From an uncultured delta proteobacterium (GTDB taxonomy: Bacteria; Myxococcota_A; Polyangia; Haliangiales; Haliangiaceae): a stretch of 64,000 bases of DNA. Positions 19,202 through 28,700 of this stretch are shown piece by piece. The stretch lies in assembly GCA_963848295.1 (NCBI GenBank), contig CAWKDB010000010.1, forward strand, positions 4,128,001 to 4,192,000, written 5' to 3'. Both the position numbers and the translations under genes were made by a program. Position 1 is the first letter of the stretch. Every line of letters begins with the position of its first letter. The notes beneath the pieces were generated by a model. That model was given only the letters and a program-made list of their open reading frames with translations. It searched no databases and was not told the DNA's origin.

Positions 19202-20689
19202 TCACGGTGCGTCGACGCGACCTACGAACCCGTCTTGCAGTGCGGTCAGCAGACCGTCGAGCGAAGCACGGCCAGGCATCGGCTTTAGCCCGGACTCGAC
19301 GATCGCGCCGAGCGCCGCATCGCCGCGCCATGGAGTGCGTTGGCGCGTGACGATCGCCATCACGTTCGCCGAGTACTCGCCGGTGAACGGATGGTTGCCG
19401 GTGTGCCAGAACGCGATCATCGCAGCGAGCGCGAACACGTCCGCGGCCGCGGTCGCGGGATCCTGCGGGCGTGCGAGCACCTCGGGCGCGAAGTAGATGT
19501 GCGGGAAGCACAGCGCGACGCCATGATCGGGCTTGGTCATCGAGGCGTGAAATAGGTCGCACCGCGGCGTGATGCCGACGACGCGATCGCCATCGAGGAA
19601 CACGAGCTCGGGACGCAGGCCTCCGAGCACCAAGCCGCGAGCGTGCGCCGCGGCGATAGTCTTGCCGACCGCGAGCCCGCGCTGCGCCGCCTCAGTGGCG
19701 CCGAGGTTCGGCCATCCCGTCGCGCGAACTCCTGGCGGCGGCTCCTCTTCGACGAGCCCGTCGTAGCGCGCCTCACCGGCGGAGGCGAGCGGCCCGATGT
19801 GAAGCAGCGCGGCAACGCCTGGCACCTCATAGGCAAGCCGCTGCTCGAGTTTGGCGACCGGCTCGCGCTGAGGCGTTCCGAGCGTGATCAGCACCGGCAC
19901 GTTGCGCTTCACGTCCCGCCCGCGATAGAGCCCGCGGTCCGGGCTACCGAACAGCTCGTCTTCGATCTCGAACCGCCCGCCGTCGAGCGTCAAACCCTTC
20001 GGAAAGTCCCTCAGCCGATAGTTGTTACGGACCTGCACCGCGGCGGCGAACAGCTGATCGATTTGCTCGACCGACATCGTCATCGCTTCGCCGATGTCAT
20101 CGCGCGCGATCCGCCACACGTCTCCGCTCCTCGTCGCGTGTAGCGAGCTATCGAACCGTACCTCGTCAGTCGAGCGCTTCGAGAGCTGGTCGTGCCACGC
20201 CGGGCCTTGGCTCTCGGAGAGCAACGCGTCGATCAGTGCCTTGGCGATCCCGACCGGGTCGTTGATGACCTCCAATCCATGCTCGTCGTACTGCGCCACC
20301 GAAGGCGGGTGGACCTCCCCGAACAGGCGTTCGAAGTTGGCATCGACGTCCGGGACCTCGCCGCCATAGTCGTCGTCAAAGAACCGAACTGGGTATCGTC
20401 CACGCAGCCAGGCAACGAAATGCCGCGCGGTCTCGACCTCCGAGCTCAGATAATGAATGCCGATTCGATGGCTGTGGACATCGAACAGGATCGATCCCGT
20501 CGGAAACTGATCTGAGTGAGCTACTCGTTCCGCAATCGCGTCGTCGAGCAGCTCCTGCGCATACATCGCGATAAACGTGTGCGCGTCATGCGGATCGCGC
20601 GCGACGAGTGGCAGCGCCGCCAGATAGGCCTCGACCTCGCCCACATCGAACTCCCCGGTGACCGGCTCGATCGCGATGTCCTGGATCAC
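19202..20689 (-). CDS. Putative immunity protein fused to a pseudokinase domain, copy B
   Basis: 495 aa; paralog of copies A and C over its full length; GTGA overlap with the orphan toxin tip; HARGLVLGGLRPE. Confidence 0.8.
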   Translation of the reverse strand: MIQDIAIEPVTGEFDVGEVEAYLAALPLVARDPHDAHTFIAMYAQELLDDAIAERVAHSDQFPTGSILFDVHSHRIGIHYLSSEVETARHFVAWLRGRYPVRFFDDDYGGEVPDVDANFERLFGEVHPPSVAQYDEHGLEVINDPVGIAKALIDALLSESQGPAWHDQLSKRSTDEVRFDSSLHATRSGDVWRIARDDIGEAMTMSVEQIDQLFAAAVQVRNNYRLRDFPKGLTLDGGRFEIEDELFGSPDRGLYRGRDVKRNVPVLITLGTPQREPVAKLEQRLAYEVPGVAALLHIGPLASAGEARYDGLVEEEPPPGVRATGWPNLGATEAAQRGLAVGKTIAAAHARGLVLGGLRPELVFLDGDRVVGITPRCDLFHASMTKPDHGVALCFPHIYFAPEVLARPQDPATAAADVFALAAMIAFWHTGNHPFTGEYSANVMAIVTRQRTPWRGDAALGAIVESGLKPMPGRASLDGLLTALQDGFVGRVDAP

Positions 20690-21093
20690 TGGCCCACCTT
20701 GTGCCCGGCGCTCATAACGTCGTCCTGGTATGCCCGGAATTGCGGCTTGTTCGTACCGGCATTGTAGGGGTTGTTCGTGTCGCCGGTTCCCTTCGGAACT
20801 GCGCGACCTTCCGCATCGACCTTGAACGCGACGCCATCCTGGCCGGGCGCGGGTGTCGCGGTCTTTACCTCGACGCTGTACATGACCTTACCGGCGTTCT
20901 CTCTGTCACCCTTCGGCTTGACGCGGATGAGTGTTCCATCCGTGAACGAGTAGACTGCCTGGTCCTGCTTTGCGGTTTTGGCCGGATCCGTCGGGTCACC
21001 GATGGGTTGGGTTGCTTGCAGCGCGTGCTGGTAGCTCAGGTCGGTAATTGACCAGCTCTTCGGCCGAGAAAATCCCAAGGTTGTTGGGGGCAT
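20686..21093 (-). CDS. Orphan toxin C-terminal tip (variant of the large DUF4157 protein's tip)
   Basis: DPTDPAK...FTDGTLIRVKPKGD...YSVEVKTATPA...FKVD..G..VPKG...NNPYN.GTNK...VMSAGH aligns with the large protein's tip; first ~25 aa unrelated. Confidence 0.8.
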   Translation of the reverse strand: MPPTTLGFSRPKSWSITDLSYQHALQATQPIGDPTDPAKTAKQDQAVYSFTDGTLIRVKPKGDRENAGKVMYSVEVKTATPAPGQDGVAFKVDAEGRAVPKGTGDTNNPYNAGTNKPQFRAYQDDVMSAGHKVGQ

Positions 21094-21169
21094 CGAGCAT
21101 TGCGTGGGAGATCAGGAGCCCCGAGCCATCATCGAGTTCGATGACAACACCCGCCTCGCGCGGTCTCCG

Positions 21170-22059
21170 CCTCGCATGACGTCAGGGCCGACGACCACGC
21201 ATCGCAAGGCGATCGCGACCTCGGAGCCCGCATCGCGCTAACTCGTGCCGAGCGCGAAGGTCTCGCTCAACATCGCGACCAGCCGATCGAGCGTCGTGCG
21301 GCCGGGCAACGGCAGCAGGCCGGACTCGACGATCGCACCGAGCTTCGCATCGCCGCGCCATGGCGTGCGCTGGCGGCTCATGATCGCGATCACATTGGCG
21401 GAGTAGTCGCCGGTGAACGGGTGCTCGCCGGTGTGCCAGTAGGCGATCATCGCCGCCAGCGCGAACACGTCGGCCGCGGGCGTCGGCGGATCTTCGGGCC
21501 GTGCGAGCACCTCGGGCGCGAAGTAGACGTGAGGGAAGCACAGCGGCACACCGTAGTCGGGCTTGGTCATCTTCGCGTGGAACACGTCGCAGCGCGGCGC
21601 GATGCCGGTCACGCGGTCACCGTCGATGTACACCAGCTCCGGGCGAAGGCCGCCGAGCACGATGCCGCGCGCATGTGCCGCGGCGACGACCTCGGCGACC
21701 GCGAGGCCGAGCCGAGCCGTCGTGGCCGCGCCCATCACCGTCGGGTGATCTGCGCTGGGGATGCCCGCAGGTTCGTCCTCGACCAGCCCGTCGTAGCGGG
21801 CCTCGCCGATCGCGGTGACCGGCCCGATGTGCCGTAGCGCCGCAATCCCAGGCAGCTCGTAGCCGAGGCGCTGGCGGACCTGATCGAGTGGATCGCGTTG
21901 CGGCGTCCCGATCGAGATCAAGACGGAGGTCTGGCGCTCGCGATCGCGGCCGCGGTACAGCCCTCGGTCCGCGCCGCCGGCGAGCTCCTCGCGCAACTCG
22001 TAGCGACCGTCATCGAGTGTGGCACCTAGCGGGAGGTGGTCGCGCAGGAACGCTTCGCG
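21170..22059. repeat. ~890-bp direct repeat, copy 2
   Basis: Near-identical to 16698-17588. Confidence 0.92.
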
Positions 22060-22716
22060 CAGCTGAGACGCGTCGCCGGCGAGTCGCTCGATCGTCTCCG
22101 GTGACAGCGTCAGCTCGCCGCGGTCATCGCTGCGAATCCGCCACCCCATACCGTCCCAGCTCGCAACAAGCCCACGCGCGATCTGGAGTGGCGCCTGGCC
22201 AGCGGCGACCGGTGGCTGTTGCAACTCGGCACCGCGCCCCGACAGCAGGGCTAGCACCAGCTCGTGCGCGATGTCGTCGGGATCGTTGATGAGCTCGAGC
22301 CCGTTCTCATCGAAGCTCGAGACCACCGGCGGATGAACCTTGCCGAACAGTAGCTCGAGCTTGTCGTCTACGTGTTCCGTGCGATCGCGACCGTAGTCGT
22401 TGTCGAGAACCTTCAGCGCGTAACGCTCGCGCAACCATTGAACGAAGCGCCTAGGCTCTTCGGTCCGGCTGGTCGAGTATCCGAGGGTGATCACCTGGGG
22501 GTGAACTGCGACGACGACGATCGGGCCTGGGAAGCCTGTAGCGCCACCCGTTCGCTCTGCGAGCGCCTCGTCGAGCACGTCTCGCGCATAGCCCAGAATG
22601 AACGTATGAGGTGCGATCGGGTCGGGCGCCGCCCACGCACGGCTCGTAAGGAATGTCTCGATCGCCGGGACATCGAACGTCCCGGTTAGCGGCTCTAGAG
22701 CGATATCAGTGATCAT
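21238..22716 (-). CDS. Putative cognate immunity protein fused to a pseudokinase domain, copy A
   Basis: 492 aa; ATG overlaps the TGA (22713-22715) of the toxin's displaced natural end. Confidence 0.82.
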   Translation of the reverse strand: MITDIALEPLTGTFDVPAIETFLTSRAWAAPDPIAPHTFILGYARDVLDEALAERTGGATGFPGPIVVVAVHPQVITLGYSTSRTEEPRRFVQWLRERYALKVLDNDYGRDRTEHVDDKLELLFGKVHPPVVSSFDENGLELINDPDDIAHELVLALLSGRGAELQQPPVAAGQAPLQIARGLVASWDGMGWRIRSDDRGELTLSPETIERLAGDASQLREAFLRDHLPLGATLDDGRYELREELAGGADRGLYRGRDRERQTSVLISIGTPQRDPLDQVRQRLGYELPGIAALRHIGPVTAIGEARYDGLVEDEPAGIPSADHPTVMGAATTARLGLAVAEVVAAAHARGIVLGGLRPELVYIDGDRVTGIAPRCDVFHAKMTKPDYGVPLCFPHVYFAPEVLARPEDPPTPAADVFALAAMIAYWHTGEHPFTGDYSANVIAIMSRQRTPWRGDAKLGAIVESGLLPLPGRTTLDRLVAMLSETFALGTS

Positions 22717-25700
22717 GGTCCAGCCCGGTGGCCGGCGCCCATGACGGCCGACTCGTATGCATCGTACTGCGTCTTGTTCGTTCCGTCGTTGTACGGGTTG
22801 TTCGCGCGTCGCGTACTCGAGCCCCGCGCAGGATCAGGGCGCGACCGTTGTCTGGCACCCACGCGTTCGCCGTCTTCCGAGTTCCCGTTGCGTCCTCGAC
22901 CTGAATCGCTCCTCGAAAGCGGATAACGAAATCCCAGCCGAGCGTCTGCAGGAACCGATACAGCTTCTGATCGCCGAAGCCGCGATCCGCCAGCACTGTG
23001 ATCTTCACGTCGGGCGCGACGCAGTCGTGCAGCCGTTCGAGCAACCGATACTCGTGGTCATTCCGCTTGTTCTTGAGCGTGGTCTTGCTCACCGTCATCC
23101 AGATCAACGGGGTCGCCCGCCCATGGCTGGTGATCAGGTAGCCCGCCAGCGTCGCGTGGTCGTCGCCATCGAACTCTGTCCAGTCGAGCGCGACGACGAT
23201 CTCCTTGCGCTCTGCGACGACAAACTGGGCCCACGGTCGGAACAACGTCCACACGTCGATGCCCGGGTTTCCGAGCAAACGATCGGTCTGCTCACCCCGG
23301 ACGTCATCCGGACCCTTCGGTACGGGATCACCCTGTATATCCACTTTGAACGAAACCCCCGCTTGATCGGATGCCGGCGTCGCAGTCTTGACCTCGACAC
23401 TGTATGTGAGCTTGCCCGGATTGTTATTCTTGTCACCCTTTGGCTTGATGCGGATCAGGGTCCCATCGGTGAAGTCATAGGCGACCTGGTCCTGCATCTT
23501 CGTGGGGTCCGTAGGATCCTTCGTGGGATCGATGGCCCGCGTCGCCGCACCTCCTGCAACCTCGAGGTCTAGCAAAGCTTCCATCTCTGCCTGGGTCTTG
23601 CCGTCGAGCTGAGACGCGAGGCGCTTCGCCGCCCCGCCCGCCGTTCCGCTGTCATAGTTCGTGAGCCGATTCTTCAGGTCCGTCGTCGGTCCTTTGAAGG
23701 CCTTTCGACTGGCCATCTCTGTAGTCGCACGATTCGTAGCAGCGGTCTGTGCCTCGTTCTTTGCAGCGGCCTTTGCAGCCTTGTCAGCGGCCTTGCCCGC
23801 GAGTTTGATCGCGGTGTCCGACTTGGCCCCGGGCTTCGCCATCTCGCTGTCGTAGGTGGCAACCCCTGCAGCGCGCGTTGCTTCTCGCACGCGCACGGCG
23901 GCGTCGGGAGGAATGTCCTGGTACTTGGCGAGCTCGCGCCCCGAGTGGCTATTGGCCGTGTCGAAGATCCGCGTCGCATCGCCTGGTGGAATGTTGCCGG
24001 CCTTGGTCTGCAGGTCGGTCGGACCCGCTAGTCCGGCTTCGTCACCGGTTACCAGGCCCGCGGGCGGCTCGTTGAATATCACGACGCTACCGAGAGCCTC
24101 GTGGTCGACCGTATAGACGTCGCCGCTCCATACGAAGTTGCCGTGCTCATCGGTCGCGATCATTCGCGACTTGAAGACACCGACGTTCTTGTTCCCGGCC
24201 CAGGATCCGATGCGCTCGGGCTGCAGGATCTTGATCTGGACGAGCGGCTCCTTGGCGCCGGGCGTCGGGTTGCCGATCCTATCACCACCCTTGGAGGCGT
24301 ACGGGGTCTGAACTGTGTGCTCGGCGAGCTTGTTGCGCGCGCAGAACGCGACGTCGGCTGCCGACGGGAACACGTTGACCTTGTTGAGCTCGCCGTTACG
24401 ACCGCCGCCCTGCACGAGCTCTCCGAAGCTCGTCGACCCACCCTTGATCATCTTGCCGGCAGTCAACGGATGCGAGTGAGCGACGGCGCGCACGCCCGGG
24501 AACCCGGCCCAATCGACCGCCCCGGGCTCGCCGCGGATGATGAAGAACTCGCCGTTCGCCTCGCCGATGCCCCATTCGACGCTGCGCGTATCGAAGTGGC
24601 GCGGCGCTTCCATCCCGATCGCTTGAAACGCGGCGGGATCTCCGGCGGCGAGCTTGGCGAGCACCGCTTGGGCAGTCGACTCGTTCGCTAGCTTCGTACC
24701 GATCGCGACGTTGGTCCGCGTCAGCACGGCGGACGGATCCATCGTCGGGGTGATCTCGACCGCCGGCGTCGCAGCCTGGTCCGGCGTGGCGGGGGCGGTA
24801 CCCTTCGTGTCGATCGCGTCGATGAAGGCTTGCTGGTCCTTGGCCGAGAGCTCGCCCAGATGCGAACGTGCGGCCGCGATGTCAGCCGCGTTGTTCTGTT
24901 CGACCGCATTCTTGAGCGCGAGCAGCGCAGTGCGTTGCTGTTCGGTGAGCGAGTAGATCTGCGCGTCGTCGAGCTTCGCTCGCCTCGCGACCTCGACGAT
25001 CTGCTTGCCCGTCGGTGTGATCGCCCAATCGGGCACGGCCTCGGCGACCAGGATCGGCGTCGCGTTGTCGCCCTTCGGCGTGATTCGCCAGGTCTGCGCG
25101 CCGGTTCCCGGATCGCGCTCGCCTTCCGGAACGACGGTCGCGCCTTCGGCGGTCTCGAGCGCGCGCATCCGCGCGACCTCGGCGGCCCCGGCCTCGAAGA
25201 AGTTCGGACCGCGCTGCTTCATCGTCATCGCCATCTCGGCGCCGAGCGAGTTCGCGCGCAGGTCGTTCAACGTCTTCATCTGCTTGTCGAGCACGTCACC
25301 GTTGATGCCCTGCGCCTTGGCACCTTTCTTGTCGTTATTCGCCGCGTCTTTGAGCGCCTCGAGCGCGTCCATCTCCTTGTCGATCTGCGCTTGGTCTCTG
25401 TGAGCCGCCTCGATCACATCCGCGGCCGATACCTTGCCGCCCCTCGTCACCCTGTCCTGCATCACGAGGTTGGCCTTGCGCTCGGTGGCCCAACCATCGA
25501 GTGCGAGCTGCCATTTCTTGCCCGCAAACGCGGCGCTGACCTCGAGCTTCTTGATCGGCGACTCCATCAGCCGGCCACCGATCGAGAAGATCACGGCCTG
25601 TGACACCGCCATGATGATCGCGTCATGCTGCTCCTGCTCGGTCATCGGCTTCGCGCCGAACATCTGTTTGACCTTCGCCTCGACCCAGCCGGTCATGATC

Positions 25701-28700
25701 CCGATGCCGCTGTTGATCATCGACTGACCGATCGCGTCGCCTGCGGTCGCGGCGAACTTCGCGAGCTTACCGGCCTCTTCGCCGGCCTTGAACAACCTCG
25801 ACAGCCCGAGCGCCTTGACGCCCATGCCGACGCCGCGCATCGCGCCGAACATCACCAGGTTCTTCGCGAAGTCGCTGAGCAGCGCACCGATGCTGTGATC
25901 CCTCGAGAACGCCACGTTCGACAGCACCGTGAATGTCGCGGTCTCGGCGAGGAAGCCGGCCACCGCGGCCGTGTTGCGCGCGACGCCGATGCCGCCGACC
26001 ACGACCTCCGTGCCATCGACGACCAGCGCTGTGCCGCCGAGCGTGGCCGACAGCGCCGAACCCGCGCCCATGCTGACGAGCGTGATCGCGACCATCGCGA
26101 TGATCATCACGATCATCTGGTCTTCGTGGATCGTCTTGAGCTCGTCCTGGACCTCCTTGAGGAAGCCCTGGAACTTCGTGTCCGCGGCGAGCGTCTCGAA
26201 GTCGGTGCGGGCCTTGTCCATCGCTTTCTTGTCGCCGGCCTCGCCCTTCTTGATCAGCGCGTAGATCGCCTTCCACTGCGCGTAGTAGTCCTTCGCTCGC
26301 ACCTTGAGCGCGGTGGCGTCTCGCCGGTCTCCGCCGAGCGTCGTCCACGAGTCCACCGCCTGATCGAGCGAGGTCCACTCGTGCTCGAGCTGGGCGGCCT
26401 GCGCGGCGACCTGCGATTCGAAGATCAAGTTGCGGGCGTCTTGCGTCGTGCCCGCCGCTTTCGGATCGGCCTTGGACGGGTCACCGAGCATCTGCGACAT
26501 CATCTGCGCGCGCAGCTGTCCGAGTTGCTTGCGCTCCTCGATCTCGCGCTTGCCCATACCGTCGGTGTCGAAGTCTTGCTTCGCGTCGGTCGTATCGCTC
26601 GCCTGATACGACGCCGACTGCGGCGTGCTGAGCCCGCGCTCGAGGATCTCGATCTCCAGCGTCAGCGTGTGACGCGACGCCGCGGCGATCATCTGCGCGG
26701 CACTGTCGACGAGGTCACACGACAGCAGCGCGTTCGCCCACATCTCGGCGTCCTGGCGCAGCGGATGATCCGGCGGCAGCCCGTCGGTCGTGCCCTTGTC
26801 GGCCGAATCCTTGTTGGCGGCTTTGTAGGCGTCGAGTCGCGCGCCATCCCCCGCGAGCCCGGCGCCGGCGCGCGAGATGATGTCGGACTGCTTCTTGGAC
26901 TGAGCGTCCCACTTCGCGACGTCGCCATCGTCTTGGGTCTCGAGCTGGGAGACCCGGTGCTCGATCATCGTCGCCGCCGTGATGACCTTCTCCTCGAGCT
27001 GGAACTGCTGCGCGATCGGCGCGATCGAGGAGCGCAGCACGTTGGCGTTCACGCGCATCTCCTCGAGGATGCGCTCGCGCGGTCGCGCGTCCTTGGGATC
27101 GATCGGGCCCGCTTGCGACAACGCAGCCTCGGCTGCCTCGGGGCCGTTGGAGCGCGCGAGCTGTGCGGCGCGGCCGATCGGATTCTCGACCTCGGCGAAC
27201 GTGCCACGCGTATCGTCCTCGAGGCCGTACAGCGGGTGCGCGACCTGGAGCCGGAAGCTCTCCGTCGATGGCAAGCCGAGCGCGAGCACGATCTCCTCGG
27301 GCGTCGCCGTCGCCGGGCTGATCAGCCGGTGCCAGCCGGGCAGGTCTTTGACATCCTCGAGCTGGATGTTCTGAGACGAGTTGAGCAGCTTCGGCGGGCC
27401 GGCGAGCTCGGGATGCCGCTCCTTGAACTTGACCTGATCGATCCCGACCATGTTGCCCTTCGCGAGGGCGGTGATGACGAGCGGATCGATCGGATGCGAC
27501 ACGAGGACGTCGTCGGGACCGGGCTCCTTGCCGTTCGCGATCTTCGCTTGCGCGTAGCGCGGGATCTCGCGCTGCAGCGATTCCGCGATCCGGCGCGCGA
27601 GCGCGTTGCCGACCTCGGTGCCGACGCTCGGGAAGTACGAGTCGGGCCCCTTCGACACCGGCGATCCGCCGTCGACGCTCGCTGGCTCTACCTCGGTCAC
27701 GACGCGCGACTCTGCGACCAGCTTGCCGATCAGCTCGGGGCGCACGAGCGAATCGAGGTCGGTCTTCGCGGTGATCTGTGCAGCCATCGCGGTGGGAAAC
27801 TGCGTGACACCGGCCGCCGTCCACGTCACCGTGTCGTCGTAGGTCGCGAACGGCAGGGCGCGCAGTTGATCGGCAGCGCCGGCGGCGATCTGCACCAGGT
27901 ACTGCTCGTAGTAGGCCTGCGTCGTCGGCCCGGGGTCCACCGTGCCCGCTTGGCAGCGCTGCAGTTGCAGCCCGGTGCGCATGACGTCGCCGACCGCGCC
28001 CGCGAAGTTGCCCAGGCGCTCGAGCCCGGCGTCGCGCTCGGCGCCCTGATCCTCCGCGCCGATCGGCTGGCGTCGAGCGTCCGGATCCTTGTGCGCGTCG
28101 GCTTGCTGCGCGGTGTGCGCGAGCTCGTGCGCGAGCAACGCGTCGCCCGCCACCCCGGACGTCGGTGCGCTCGAGCCCATGACGACGTTCTGCCCGACGG
28201 CGAACGCGGCGGCCCCGTGCTCGCTCGCCATCCCGGCCGCGGTCGGCCCGGTGTGGATCTTCGCGCCCGAGACGTCGGCGCCGACGACCGCCGACATCCG
28301 CTGCGCGGTCGCGTGATCGAGCGAACGGCCCGGGCCGAGCTCGGCCTCCATCCCGTCGAGCGACTTGCGATTGACGATCGGCTGCGCGTCGCTCGCGGAC
28401 CGCGGAGCTTGATTCGTCTCCGCGGCTTGCGCGGCCGCTGGATCGGCGGCGGCGAGCTCGGGTGGCAGCTTGTGGGTCTGCTTCCAGTACTGGACGCCGG
28501 CGCGGACGCGCGCGACGAGCAACGGGACCAGCGCCTCGGCACCGGTGGCGGTGCGCGCCTCGGGGACCCAGCGCTGGATCAAGGTCACCGTCGACTTCGC
28601 GGGCAGCGCCGCGTACTTCGCGAAGTATTGCGCGATGTACGGACACGCGACCGCCGAGCCGATCATGCCGAGCTCGGCATCCGCCGCCGCGGTGACGAAC

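Noticed and set aside
16698..22059. Repeats as a diversity-generating retroelement template/variable pair or as IS copies
   Set aside because: No reverse transcriptase in the window, the differences do not look adenine-specific, and the repeat encodes a kinase fold rather than a transposase.
22706..23299. Genuine toxin-transposase fusion protein (2200-aa ORF)
   Set aside because: The transposase part is an internal fragment, and the toxin's real end resumes out of frame at 22802, so this is an insertion and not a domain fusion.
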